From assembly GCA_001442985.1 (NCBI GenBank), contig LDYB01000015.1, forward strand, positions 1,266 to 65,265: a stretch of 64,000 bases of DNA, read 5' to 3'. The notes under the pieces were generated by a model. The model was given only the letters and a program-made list of their open reading frames with translations. It made no database searches and had not been told where the DNA came from. Origin of the DNA: Armatimonadetes bacterium DC. GTDB taxonomy: Bacteria; Armatimonadota; Fimbriimonadia; Fimbriimonadales; GBS-DC. Of the stretch, positions 15,859 to 26,664 are shown in pieces; the stretch's first letter is position 1, and the number at the start of each line of letters is the position of its first letter. Position numbers and translations under genes: made by a program.

Positions 15859-18138
15859 ATGCTAATTCGAAAACCGAACCGATTAATCAACGAGCGCAGT
15901 CCCTATCTGCTCCAGCATGCGTATAACCCTGTGGAGTGGTATCCGTGGGGGGCGGAGGCGTTTCTGACCGCGCGGATGGAAGACAAGCCGATTTTCCTCT
16001 CGATTGGCTATTCCACCTGCCACTGGTGCCATGTGATGGCGCACGAGTCGTTTGAACACCCTCAGATTGCGGAGATTCTGAACCGCTATTATGTGCCCGT
16101 GAAGGTGGATCGCGAGGAGCGCCCCGATGTGGACGAGATTTACATCACGGCGGTGCAGCTGATGACGGGGCGCGCGGGCTGGCCGCTTTCGGTGTTCCTC
16201 ACGCCCGATGGCACGCCCTTCTATGGGGGCACCTACTACCCTCCGCAGGCGTTCGCTGATCTGCTTCAGCGGATTGCGATAGTGTGGCAGCAAAGCCGTG
16301 AACAGGTGCTGACAGGCGCCCAGCAGATTAAAGAGGCTCTGGAGCAGGTGGTGACTCTGCGCCATAAGGAGCTGCGCGGCGAGCGCTCGCCCGAAATCTT
16401 TCGCGCGTACAAGGCGCAGCTGATCAGCCTGTTTGACCCCCAGTATGGCGGCTTTGGGGGCGCGCCCAAGTTCCCGCCCAGCACTGCCCTGCCGCTGATG
16501 CTCTCGCTGGCGGCGCTCTGGGACGACGAAGAGCTGGGGCTGATGGCGCTCACCACGCTTAATTTTATGGCGCAGGGCGGCGTGTTTGACCACCTCGCAG
16601 GAGGCTTCCACCGCTACGCGACCGACGCCCGCTGGTTCCTGCCCCACTTTGAGAAGATGCTTTACGATAACGCCCAGCTGGCGCAAGCTTATGCGCAGGC
16701 GTATCGGCTCACGGGCGATTCCACCTACGCCGGGGTAGCGCGCCGCACTTTTGACTGGATGCTCACCGAGATGCGCCTGCCCGAAGGCGGCTTCGCCAGC
16801 GCGCTGGACGCCGACACCCCCGAAGGCGAGGGCTACTACTACACCTGGACCGAGCGCGAAATCTATCAGATACTGGGCGAGGAGGACGCGCCGCTCTTCT
16901 GCGCCGTCTATGGGGTTCAGCCCGAAGGCAACTATCGCGAAGAAGCCACCCAGCGCCTCACGGGCAGGAATGTACTGGCGATGACGGGCAACTGGCAGGA
17001 GATTGCCCAGAAGCTGGGCATGGACGCCGACACACTCCAGCAGCGCATCGCGCCAATGCGTGCGAAACTGCTGGAGGCGCGCCGCCAGCGTCAGGCGCCC
17101 GCCCGCGACGATAAGGTGCTGACCGACTGGAACGCTTTAGCGATTAGCGCGTTCGCCTTCGCCAGCGAGCCGCTGAACGCGCCCGAATATCTGGAAGTCG
17201 CCGAGGAGACCGCCGAGTTCCTCTGGAGCCAGCTCTATCAGGGCGACGGCGGGCTGATGCACTGCTACCGCGACGGGCGCGCCTATACCCCTGGCTACCT
17301 GAGCGATTACGCCCTGCTGGGACTGGCGCTGATGAACCTCTACGAAGCCACAGGCGACCTCAAATGGCAGGAGCGCGCTCAGACCCTCGCCGATGCGATG
17401 ATTGACCGCTTCCACGACGCTGAGCTGGGCGGCTTTTACGACACCCACGCCCAGCACGACTGGCTGATCGTGCCTGTCAAGTCGTTTCAGGATCGGGCGA
17501 CGCCTTCGGGGAATGGCGCCGCGTGCCAGTTTCTGGCGCTTCTGGGCAACACCGTCTCCCTGCTGGGGGCGAATCCCGACCGAGACTATTCCACCCTCGC
17601 TGGCGAGACGCTGAACGCCTTCTGGAAACTGCTGGAACAGAACCCCTATGTGGGCAGCAGCCTGCTGATGGGCTACCTCATGCTGGAAGGCTTCACGATG
17701 CCCAAACCCGACCTCCGCATGCCCGTCCCTGTGGAACCCGAAGAGGCGGAGCAGGAGGGTCCTGTGCGCGTCTATCTGGTGCCGCAGCCTGAAGGGCTGG
17801 TGGTGGTGTTTGAGATAGAAGAGGGCTGGCACATCAACTCGCCTGAGCCTGCGCCGAATCGGGTGCCGACACAGGTGGAGGTCTCCAGCGATTTGCCGCT
17901 GGCGTTTGGGGCGCCCATCTGGCTTCAGCCGCAGGTGGTCTCGCTGGGCGGCGAGGAGGTCGCCATCTACACCGAGCGCGCCGCCGCGTTAATCCCCGTG
18001 AGCGTCACCAACGAAGAGGAGCTGGGCGAGGGCTACCTTCGAGTGCGGGTTGTCTATCAACCCTGTACCGAGCGGGAGTGTGGTCTGCCCGTTACGCGCG
18101 AGTTCCTGCTTCCCGTAAACCTGCAGGAGGAGGCGTAG
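15859..18138 (+). CDS. YyaL/SPATA20-type thioredoxin-domain protein with (alpha/alpha) barrel and C-terminal DsbD-N-like domain
   Basis: [66 protein letters not shown]; C-terminal GWHINS..QPC..REC; GGAGG before ATG 15859. Confidence 0.92.
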   Translation: MLIRKPNRLINERSPYLLQHAYNPVEWYPWGAEAFLTARMEDKPIFLSIGYSTCHWCHVMAHESFEHPQIAEILNRYYVPVKVDREERPDVDEIYITAVQLMTGRAGWPLSVFLTPDGTPFYGGTYYPPQAFADLLQRIAIVWQQSREQVLTGAQQIKEALEQVVTLRHKELRGERSPEIFRAYKAQLISLFDPQYGGFGGAPKFPPSTALPLMLSLAALWDDEELGLMALTTLNFMAQGGVFDHLAGGFHRYATDARWFLPHFEKMLYDNAQLAQAYAQAYRLTGDSTYAGVARRTFDWMLTEMRLPEGGFASALDADTPEGEGYYYTWTEREIYQILGEEDAPLFCAVYGVQPEGNYREEATQRLTGRNVLAMTGNWQEIAQKLGMDADTLQQRIAPMRAKLLEARRQRQAPARDDKVLTDWNALAISAFAFASEPLNAPEYLEVAEETAEFLWSQLYQGDGGLMHCYRDGRAYTPGYLSDYALLGLALMNLYEATGDLKWQERAQTLADAMIDRFHDAELGGFYDTHAQHDWLIVPVKSFQDRATPSGNGAACQFLALLGNTVSLLGANPDRDYSTLAGETLNAFWKLLEQNPYVGSSLLMGYLMLEGFTMPKPDLRMPVPVEPEEAEQEGPVRVYLVPQPEGLVVVFEIEEGWHINSPEPAPNRVPTQVEVSSDLPLAFGAPIWLQPQVVSLGGEEVAIYTERAAALIPVSVTNEEELGEGYLRVRVVYQPCTERECGLPVTREFLLPVNLQEEA

Positions 18139-18142
18139 GGGG

Positions 18143-19036
18143 CTACGCAAAGGGCGCGTCGGCACAGAGCGGGCGCGCCCCCGCCTCTATCAGGGCTTGA
18201 TGGGCAGGAGAGCGCTCCAGATTGCCTGCGTAGACAGCGAGAGGACGCCCCTTCTGGAGCAGCTCCATCCCCAGCGTTTGCATAAAGCCGCCTGCCCGCG
18301 CCTCCACGATTACGGGGCAGTCGGCGAGGTAGGCAATCAGGCGGTCGCGATACCTGCCGTTGGCGTTCACCCAGCCATCGTGTGGGCGGAACGGGCTGAG
18401 CGCCAGCGCCCGCTGGGGGTCAAACTCCGCCTGCCAGATTCGCGCCAGCGCCACAGGCTCCCGACGCAAGTCCTCTCCGAACGCCTGCAACAAGCCCCGA
18501 TCCAGCACCAGAATCAGTGGCGCTCCTTCCCGCGCCGCGCACAGCGCCAGCCGCTGATAGGCGGGCTGATTCACGCTCGCAATCGGCACCCAGCCCTGCT
18601 CCAGAAACCCCTGCGCAAGCGACTCCAGCACCGCCAATCCCTGCTTTGACACCGTGTGGGACGCCAGCAACGCAAAAGTGGGCTGGTTCAACAGTTCCCA
18701 GTTGCCGTAAGCGAACAGGATTGCGGGCGGGTCGTCCATCGCTTCCAGCGCATTCGGGTAGATGGCGTGCTGAAAGCTAATCCAGCGTACGCCACAGCGC
18801 GTGAGGTGCGCCTCCAGCTGCTCGGTCTGCTCCAGCCAGCGGGGCAGCTCCGCTTTGAGCGCATGAATGGCTCGCGACGGCAGGCGATACTCCTCCGCGA
18901 GGAGCTCTACGGGAATTTCCAGCACCTCGCGCGGGCTGAGCCGATGCACCTGCTGACGCTCCAGCACATGGCGCATCGTCTTACGCCCCACATCAGGCAA
19001 CAGGCTCAACAGCAGTAGCCACTGATGTTCGGACAT
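18143..19036 (-). CDS. dprA: DprA/Smf-like DNA-processing protein (divergent)
   Basis: YPNALEAMDDPPAILFAYGN, F..RDRLIAYL...VIVEA..GG..T pattern; N-terminal SAM-like region. Confidence 0.7.
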   Translation of the reverse strand: MSEHQWLLLLSLLPDVGRKTMRHVLERQQVHRLSPREVLEIPVELLAEEYRLPSRAIHALKAELPRWLEQTEQLEAHLTRCGVRWISFQHAIYPNALEAMDDPPAILFAYGNWELLNQPTFALLASHTVSKQGLAVLESLAQGFLEQGWVPIASVNQPAYQRLALCAAREGAPLILVLDRGLLQAFGEDLRREPVALARIWQAEFDPQRALALSPFRPHDGWVNANGRYRDRLIAYLADCPVIVEARAGGFMQTLGMELLQKGRPLAVYAGNLERSPAHQALIEAGARPLCADAPFA

Positions 19037-19048
19037 AAGGTGTTGCCT

Positions 19049-21226
19049 CTACTCCTCCTGAATAAGCCTGTGATAAATCCCCATCCAGTAGGGGAGCAGG
19101 AACGCCGTGCCATCGTCTTCTTCTCTGCCCAGCGGGTCTCCCCCGTCCAGCCGGTAGGGGTTGCCGTTCCAGCGCATGACAGGGCGTTCACTGTAGGGCA
19201 ACACCTCTACCGACTGCCACTCCCCGAAGCGTCCCTTGCGGGTGTCCAGCGTGATGTCCAGCCGATGGCTGTTGCGGCACTCCCAGTTGCGCAGGTCAAG
19301 GGGCCACTCCTGCAGGGTTCGCACCGCGTTTTCCACATCGCACGGCTTGCCCGTAATCGCGCCATAAATAAAGTTGAACAGCGGACTGCGTTCGGGGCGC
19401 TCAATCTGCCAGCTGCGCTCTAAACTCATCAGCCACATGCGCCGATAGGTCGGGTCCTGCTCGTACAGCAGGAACGGGTAATAGCACAGAAACGCCAGCT
19501 CATCATCGGAGTGATTGATTTCAAACGGCGCGAGCATCTTCTGGATAATTGCGTTAATCAGGTAGTGGTGCTTCTGAATCAGCGACTCGTAGGCTTGCTG
19601 ATACTTCGCGTCGCCTGTGATGTGGTAGGCAACTTTGAGATGCGAGAGGATGGAGAGCGCGTTCAGCCCGCGCTCCTCTTCCCATATGGGGTCGTCGTTA
19701 ATCGCCTCAGGGTTGAAGATCGCCCAGCGCGTGGGTTTGCCGTCTTTGTCAATCAGGCGCCAGTTGTTTTGCATCAGGTGGTCGGTCACGCGGCGCACCA
19801 CGCCCCGAATCGCCTCTTTTTCTGCCTCGTCTGCCACAAGGTCGTAGTAAATCGCCCAGATGAAGTAGTGCCCGTCCAGTTCATCGGAGCTGGTGTCGCC
19901 TTTCCAGATGTAGTTGGGGTCTACGGGCGATTCGTGCCACTCGCCGAGCGACTGGATGTAGCGGGTTTCGCTCTTGTGAATGATGCTCCGTGCTGGAAAA
20001 CCGGGAATGCCCGTGAGCGCCTCCAGCTTGAGAAGCGCCTGCATCGACTGGCGGGCGCGCTGGCGGGCGCTGGGGTCTTTCGTCGCGGCGTACTGGAAGC
20101 ACTGCGCGGCGCAGTAGAGCGCAGTCCACAACCCGTCGTTATCGCTCGCCTCGATTTTCCACTCGTCGGGCTTGCTGGGGTCTTCCCATACGCAGCTGAA
20201 CACGAAGCCGTTGCGGTTGTGGCGCAGAGCGATCAGTTTTTCGTAGTGTTCTGCTTTCTGGCGCAGGGTCATCGGCACCGACTCGATGCAGGCGACACCG
20301 CCTTCAGTGGCGATCCATGCGCGGTTCTGGGAGTCCACGGCAATCGCGTGGATGCGGTTATCGGGCAGCCAGCGTTTGCCCCAGAAGTAACTCCAGCGTC
20401 CGTCGCGCAGTCGGCATGCGCCTTCGGGCGTGCCCGCCCACAGGTCGCCGTTCGGGGCGAACGCCAGACAGCGAATCATCCCGTAGGGGGGTATCAGCTC
20501 CGCGATCGGGTTGGCGGGCGCTTCGCCGTACACCTCGCGCGAGAGATACCAGCCCTCGCCGTCGTTGAGAATCAGCCCCGAACGCCCGCCAATCCACAGG
20601 TGCCCCACCGCATCACTTGTGGCGCAGAGCCAGTAGTCGTCATAAAACCGCCCACGGTTATCTTTAATGGGCACAATTCGCCACTCGCCGTCCTGCCATC
20701 GGTAGAATCGGCGCTCCAGTTCGCCCTCGGCATAGGCGTAGAGCCGTCCGCGCGTGTCTTCGTGCATCCAGCGGAACACACGGCGTTCGGGCGCGACGAG
20801 CGTGCGCTTGATGCCCTCCTGCCAGTGGTGGAGCGCCGTTTCTGTCAGCACCCACACGCCGCCGCCCCGTGCAGGAGCAATCCCGATAACCCCCTCGCCC
20901 TGCCACAGCACGCCGCGCGTGGAGTGCCCCAGCATTTGCGGGTTCGCCCAGAAGACCGTGCCCTGTCCATCGGGAACCAGCCAGCGCACGGGGGTTTCGC
21001 CGACTCGCTCCCAGCGCTGGGGGTTGTTCAGCGGCGCGCGCGCCAAGCCCTTCGGCGTGCCCGCCCACACCCACTCGCCCGACACCGCAATTGCGTAGAC
21101 CGTATTGTCAGGCAAGCCGTGTTCGGTTGTGTAGAAATGCGTGCGGTCCTGAAGAAACGGTGCGACTTTGTAGGTCGCTGGTGCGGATTGCATCAGTGCG
21201 CCCATCGCCACAACCTCAAGAAGCAT
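19049..21226 (-). CDS. Hypothetical protein: beta-propeller (regulator-propeller-like) repeats plus C-terminal (alpha/alpha)-barrel-like domain
   Basis: GLPDNTVYAIA, GDLWAGTPEG, WLPDNRIHAIAVDSQNRAWIATEGG repeats; SDNDGLWT, GDTSSDELDGH motifs. Confidence 0.75.
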   Translation of the reverse strand: MLLEVVAMGALMQSAPATYKVAPFLQDRTHFYTTEHGLPDNTVYAIAVSGEWVWAGTPKGLARAPLNNPQRWERVGETPVRWLVPDGQGTVFWANPQMLGHSTRGVLWQGEGVIGIAPARGGGVWVLTETALHHWQEGIKRTLVAPERRVFRWMHEDTRGRLYAYAEGELERRFYRWQDGEWRIVPIKDNRGRFYDDYWLCATSDAVGHLWIGGRSGLILNDGEGWYLSREVYGEAPANPIAELIPPYGMIRCLAFAPNGDLWAGTPEGACRLRDGRWSYFWGKRWLPDNRIHAIAVDSQNRAWIATEGGVACIESVPMTLRQKAEHYEKLIALRHNRNGFVFSCVWEDPSKPDEWKIEASDNDGLWTALYCAAQCFQYAATKDPSARQRARQSMQALLKLEALTGIPGFPARSIIHKSETRYIQSLGEWHESPVDPNYIWKGDTSSDELDGHYFIWAIYYDLVADEAEKEAIRGVVRRVTDHLMQNNWRLIDKDGKPTRWAIFNPEAINDDPIWEEERGLNALSILSHLKVAYHITGDAKYQQAYESLIQKHHYLINAIIQKMLAPFEINHSDDELAFLCYYPFLLYEQDPTYRRMWLMSLERSWQIERPERSPLFNFIYGAITGKPCDVENAVRTLQEWPLDLRNWECRNSHRLDITLDTRKGRFGEWQSVEVLPYSERPVMRWNGNPYRLDGGDPLGREEDDGTAFLLPYWMGIYHRLIQEE

Positions 21227-21266
21227 AGGGTTCTGTTCGGCGTGGGCGCGAGGGTTCCTGCGAGGG

Positions 21267-21800
21267 TTAGCCCCCATCCCGCTCGCATACCAGCAGGATT
21301 ACATCCCGATACGCGCCGCGTTTCCAGTAACGGCGCGGGATACGCCCCACCTCGCGATACCCTGCCTTCAACAGCATTTTCAGCGATGCGTGATTTTCGA
21401 CCAGCACCTCAGAAAGCAACATGCGCAACCCCAGCACCTCGAATGCATAGCGTGTGCGCACCCGAACGGCGTCCGTACCGTAACCTTTCCCCCAGTAGTC
21501 TTTGCGTCCAATCAGGGTGCCTGTGATACCTGTGCCATGTCGCCAGCTAATCTGGTGAATGCCGGTGAACCCGATGTGTTCGTCCTCCAGAGTCTCGATG
21601 GCGAAAGCGACATCTCTGTCGGGGTGGCGCATCATGCGGTCAAACCATTCCTCTTCCGCCAATCGGGTCAGAGGGAAGTCGCCTCCCAGAGTCCACTGGG
21701 TTACTTCGGGGTCGTTGAGCCAGCGCAGGGCATTTTCCAGATGGCGCTCCTTTTCCAGCGGAACCAGCTTTACCTTCTCTCCAGTCCATCCGGGTAGCAT
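21267..21800 (-). CDS. GNAT N-acetyltransferase (RimJ/RimL-like)
   Basis: HIGFTGI, YWGKGYGTDA, NHASLKMLLKAGYREVG; AGGAGG before ATG 21800. Confidence 0.9.
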   Translation of the reverse strand: MLPGWTGEKVKLVPLEKERHLENALRWLNDPEVTQWTLGGDFPLTRLAEEEWFDRMMRHPDRDVAFAIETLEDEHIGFTGIHQISWRHGTGITGTLIGRKDYWGKGYGTDAVRVRTRYAFEVLGLRMLLSEVLVENHASLKMLLKAGYREVGRIPRRYWKRGAYRDVILLVCERDGG

Positions 21801-21864
21801 AGAGCCTCCTTCTGAAATCAGAGTCGCCCGCGCGTTTGCACGGGCGACTCCGCAGAGCGCACGC

Positions 21865-24495
21865 TTAGCCCACCGAGCCTTCCATCTCCAGCTCAATCAG
21901 GCGGTTCAGCTCAACGGCGTACTCCATCGGCAACTGCTTGGCGAGCGGCTCGATGAAGCCCGACACAATCAGCGTGAGCGCCTCGTCCTTCTTCAGCCCG
22001 CGCGATTGCAGGTAGAAGAGCTGCTCCTCGCTGACCTTGCTCACGCGCGCCTCGTGCCCAATCGTGACCTCTTTTTCGTTAATCTCGATGTAGGGGTAGG
22101 TGTCGGTCTTGGCTTCCTCATCGAGCAGGAGGGCGTCGCACTCCACATTGCACTTGCTGTGGTGGGCGCCTTCCAGCACCTGCACCAGCCCGCGGTAAGA
22201 GGCGCGCCCCGTGCCTTTGGAGATGGACTTGGAGGTGATGCGGCTGCTGGTGAACGGCGCGGCGTGGATTACCTTGCCGCCCGTGTCCTGATGCTGCCCA
22301 TCGCCTGCGAACGCGACGGAGAGGATTTCCCCGCGCGCCCCCGGCTCCATCAGGTAGACGGAGGGGTACTTCATCGTGACGCGGCTGTTATGCACCAGCA
22401 CGCCGTTCACCACAAACGAGTGCGCCTCTGCCACCTCAAGGTCATAGGTGGGCGCGACGACAGAGGGGGTAATCGCCTCAATTCGTGCGACACCCATCTC
22501 AGAAGTCAGCAGGTTTGCCGCGCGGAAGCCACGCAGATAACGATGGCGACACGCTTTTTGAGGCGTGTTCAGCCGCTCACGCAGCGTGGGCGTCAGGTGC
22601 GGGAGCAACGGCTCCACATTCGTCAAGTCCAGACGGTACGCCGTGTATCGCTTCACGCGCCCCGCGCAGTTGATGTCTGCCTCAACGGTGCTGGTGTAGA
22701 TAGCGCTTGCGTGGAGACCGCACTGCAAGGCGAGCTGCTGCACATCCTGTAGCAGGGCGCGGTTCGCCGACTTGAGAGAGAGCTGATTGCGCCGAGCGTA
22801 ACCGTCGCCGTCGATGTAGCCTGCAAGGAACGCCGCCTGCATGCGAGTCGGTAGCGTGAACACCCATGCGGGGATGCGCTTTTCCTTCGCGCCCGACACG
22901 AAGCCGTTCGCCTCGAGCCACAGCGCGAACTCCAGCGAATTGACGCGCAGGTAGCGCTCGTCCTTGCGGAGCTCAATTGCGTGGTTGCCGAAGTAGCGGG
23001 TCAGGAGCGAAATCAGGCGCGGGTAGGCGCGGTCGGCTGTCGGCACGCTGAACCCCACACGCCCGTAGCGATGACCGTTGCGCCCGTCTTGAATCGTGTA
23101 ATCGCCTTCCGCAATCCACAGCCCCAGCAGCCAGCAGATGTCTTCATCCGCGTATTCGGGCAGCTGGACTGCCTGACGCGAGTGCGAGGCAATCGGGTAC
23201 TCCGCGCCGTACTGATTGCGCCCCGTGAACTGTTCGGGTAGCTCAGGACGCGCGAAGCGATACGGCTGTCCCTCGTCGCGCAGGGCGGTCGGGAAGACAA
23301 TCAGGTCGCCCGTTGTGAGCGCCTCGACGGGCTTCCAGCGCAGGCTGTAGCGTCCCAGTTTCTTCGGGCGCGTCGGGTCATACTGTACGGTCAGCAGCGG
23401 ATGGTTCGCGGTCAGGCGAAGCGTGCGTCCATTGGAGAGCGCAATCTCGTACACTTGCTGCATGCCGCTCGCCTTGCGTGCCACCACAGGGCGCAACACC
23501 CAGAGCCGACGCGACTCATCGAAGCTCCACACGCGCGTGCCTGGCTCTACCTGCTCAATCGGCACAGGACCGCGCTCTGTGTAGACCAGCTCCCCCGCGC
23601 ACACGCAGCCGAGATTGCCATCCACCCACTCCATCACAGCATCGCGATAGGCGACGGCGCGCTTGGTCACGAGGTTATACACATCCTTGGACCAGTTCTG
23701 GATGGTCGTGTAGCGCACGCGCGCGCCGGGCTTGACAATAATCTCCACCACCGCGCTGTGCAGGGCGGATTCGGCGTAAACCGGAGCTGTGCAACCTTCG
23801 ACGTAATGCACAAACGAGCCTTCCTCGGCGATAATCAGCGTGCGCTCGAACTGACCTGCGTTCTTGGCGTTGATTCGGAAGTACGCCTGAAGCGGAATCT
23901 CCACACGCACGCCCGCCGGCACATACACGAATGAACCGCCCGACCACACCGCCGAGTTCAGCGCCGCGAACTTGTTATCGTCGGGTGGAATGACCGTGCC
24001 GAAATACTCCTGCACAAGATCAGGATACTCGCGCACGGCGGTGTCGGTGTCCACGAAAATCACGCCCTGCTTCTCGAGGTCTTCGCGCAGGCGATGGTAG
24101 ATGACCTCGCTATCATACTGAGCTCCAACCCCCGCAAGGAACTTACGCTCCCACTCAGGAATGCCCAGCCGATCAAAGGTGCGCTTAATCTCTTCGGGCA
24201 CCTCGTCCCAGCTGCGCCCCTGACGCTCCGTCGGCTTGATGTAGTAGACAATTTCGTCAAAGTTCAAGCCCGACAGGTCGGGTCCCCAGCTCGGCATGGG
24301 CTTGGTGAGGAAAATCTCATAGGCGCGCAGGCGGAAATCACGCATCCACTTCGGCTCGTTCTTCTGATACGAGATTTCCTCCACCACGCGGCGGCTGAGA
24401 CCCTTGCCCGTCTCAAACACAGGCTTGATATTGTCGTAGAAACCGTACTTGCTGATATAGTCTTCATCCAGACGCAGAATGTCTTGCTGTGCCAT
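21865..24495 (-). CDS. sufB: Fe-S cluster assembly protein SufB, interrupted by an intein
   Basis: GQFERTLII, VHYVEGCTAP, LHSAVVE, TIQNWS, WVDGNLG|intein|SRVTMKYPS, QLFYLQSRG; 469-aa extein plus 407-aa intein. Confidence 0.97.
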   Translation of the reverse strand: MAQQDILRLDEDYISKYGFYDNIKPVFETGKGLSRRVVEEISYQKNEPKWMRDFRLRAYEIFLTKPMPSWGPDLSGLNFDEIVYYIKPTERQGRSWDEVPEEIKRTFDRLGIPEWERKFLAGVGAQYDSEVIYHRLREDLEKQGVIFVDTDTAVREYPDLVQEYFGTVIPPDDNKFAALNSAVWSGGSFVYVPAGVRVEIPLQAYFRINAKNAGQFERTLIIAEEGSFVHYVEGCTAPVYAESALHSAVVEIIVKPGARVRYTTIQNWSKDVYNLVTKRAVAYRDAVMEWVDGNLGCVCAGELVYTERGPVPIEQVEPGTRVWSFDESRRLWVLRPVVARKASGMQQVYEIALSNGRTLRLTANHPLLTVQYDPTRPKKLGRYSLRWKPVEALTTGDLIVFPTALRDEGQPYRFARPELPEQFTGRNQYGAEYPIASHSRQAVQLPEYADEDICWLLGLWIAEGDYTIQDGRNGHRYGRVGFSVPTADRAYPRLISLLTRYFGNHAIELRKDERYLRVNSLEFALWLEANGFVSGAKEKRIPAWVFTLPTRMQAAFLAGYIDGDGYARRNQLSLKSANRALLQDVQQLALQCGLHASAIYTSTVEADINCAGRVKRYTAYRLDLTNVEPLLPHLTPTLRERLNTPQKACRHRYLRGFRAANLLTSEMGVARIEAITPSVVAPTYDLEVAEAHSFVVNGVLVHNSRVTMKYPSVYLMEPGARGEILSVAFAGDGQHQDTGGKVIHAAPFTSSRITSKSISKGTGRASYRGLVQVLEGAHHSKCNVECDALLLDEEAKTDTYPYIEINEKEVTIGHEARVSKVSEEQLFYLQSRGLKKDEALTLIVSGFIEPLAKQLPMEYAVELNRLIELEMEGSVG
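22387..23607 (-). mobile_element. Intein with LAGLIDADG homing endonuclease in SufB
   Basis: Starts CVCAGELVYTERG after Gly296; block B TANHPLL; LAGLIDADG blocks WLLGLWIAEGD and FLAGYIDGDG; block F TYDLEV; ends VLVHN followed by Ser. Confidence 0.95.
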
Positions 24496-24514
24496 GTTGG
24501 CTCACCTCCAGAGT

Positions 24515-25288
<774 letters not shown>

Positions 25289-25419
25289 GGTAGACCTCCT
25301 TGATGTTTAGCGTGGCTAAATTTTACCTGAGCCGCGTCGCGAAAGTCAAGGGGTGTGGAGAGGGTTCGAAAAATCGCTGCCCAGCAAGATGAGCGAACCT
25401 GCTCCTGGAAGAGCTTTTC

Positions 25420-25449
25420 GGAGTGCGGAAGCGCGCGCTTCCGCACTCC
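25420..25449. repeat. 13-bp perfect palindrome (REP-like or terminator)
   Basis: ggagtgcggaagc-gcgc-gcttccgcactcc; upstream 25358-25377 resembles the left end of the 12767 element. Confidence 0.6.
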
Positions 25450-25462
25450 ACAGAGGCAACGC

Positions 25463-26539
25463 TCAGCACCCTGCCCCGAAGTTGAACAGCACCGTCAGCA
25501 AGTCGGCGTCGTCCACCACGCCGTCGGCGTTCACATCCTCTGGCAAGCCCGAACCGGTCTGTCCAAAGGCAAATAGCACTGCCAGCAGGTCGGCGTCGTC
25601 CACGCAGCCGTCGCCGTTCACATCGCCTTCAGGTCCAGCGGGGCACGGCTCTACTGACACATACTGCTGACCGGGCACATAGTCCTCGTTGCTGAAGTCG
25701 AAGGGGAACATATCAAACGGCGGGTTCGGGCAACGCGACCATGCGGCATTCGGGAACTGCCGACTGGGGTCTCCCACATTCAGCGCGGGCAGGGTCTGAT
25801 TGGACATATAAGTGGCTACCTGCCCATCGCCGCAGGCTTGATCCCATGCGCCCCCTGTCAGCACCGCCAGAATCTTGATCGTGCCCGTGGGGTTGCCCAG
25901 CGCGCTGAGCGGAATGGCTACCTCCAGCCCGGTGGTGGCGGTCGCGGGATCGCCAATGTTGCCGGGGTCGCTCGTCACACCCAGCACATTCGAGTTGTCA
26001 AACGCGGCGAGCAGGTTGATGCTGTTATCGCCGCCCTGCGGCGTGTTCGCACCCGTACCCACAGCCACCGCGCCAATATAAGTGGACTGATTGTTCACGA
26101 GGTCGTGGAAGTCAATATAGATGTTGTCGTTGCCCTGACCATCATCGTAGCGGTTGATACCAATTGCCCAGTCGGGTCTATGCTCGAAGATCACACCGCT
26201 CATGCCCTGCACCGAGCAGTTGATACACCCGGTGGTCAGGCTGAAGGTGTTGCTGGTGTTGCGCCCCGTGTCAATATAAAGATGAATCGCGTTCCCGTTG
26301 CCCTCCAGGTTGCCCGTGATGCCGATATACAGCACGCCGTTCACACAGCGGATGAAGAGCTGGTTCAGCTCCGAGCCATAGTTCACGCCTTCCACATGGT
26401 CGCCGAAGCCCGTGTAGTTGGTCTGCGAGGCGAGGGGTGTGCCAAACTCCTGCGGGATATTGCGTCCATCGATGGTCTGCGCCAGTGCCGTCGCAGCCAT
26501 CAGCACCCAAACAGCTGCCATCATCGTTGAGCGTCTCAT
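25463..26539 (-). CDS. Secreted protein with C-terminal dockerin-like double EF-hand tail
   Basis: Signal peptide MRRSTMMAAVWVLMAATALA; tail GDVNGDGCVDDADLLAVLFAFG..EDVNADGVVDDADLLTVLFNFG; AAGGAGG RBS. Confidence 0.88.
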   Translation of the reverse strand: MRRSTMMAAVWVLMAATALAQTIDGRNIPQEFGTPLASQTNYTGFGDHVEGVNYGSELNQLFIRCVNGVLYIGITGNLEGNGNAIHLYIDTGRNTSNTFSLTTGCINCSVQGMSGVIFEHRPDWAIGINRYDDGQGNDNIYIDFHDLVNNQSTYIGAVAVGTGANTPQGGDNSINLLAAFDNSNVLGVTSDPGNIGDPATATTGLEVAIPLSALGNPTGTIKILAVLTGGAWDQACGDGQVATYMSNQTLPALNVGDPSRQFPNAAWSRCPNPPFDMFPFDFSNEDYVPGQQYVSVEPCPAGPEGDVNGDGCVDDADLLAVLFAFGQTGSGLPEDVNADGVVDDADLLTVLFNFGAGC

Positions 26540-26664
26540 CGTTGATTACCTCCTTTCCCCCAAGGGGGCGTTTATATTATAGCACATTCCGAGAAATCGT
26601 ATTCTCAGGAAAATGGCTGCCGAGACTGGCAGGAATTACAGGTTCTGCAGGGAATGGGGAAAGC

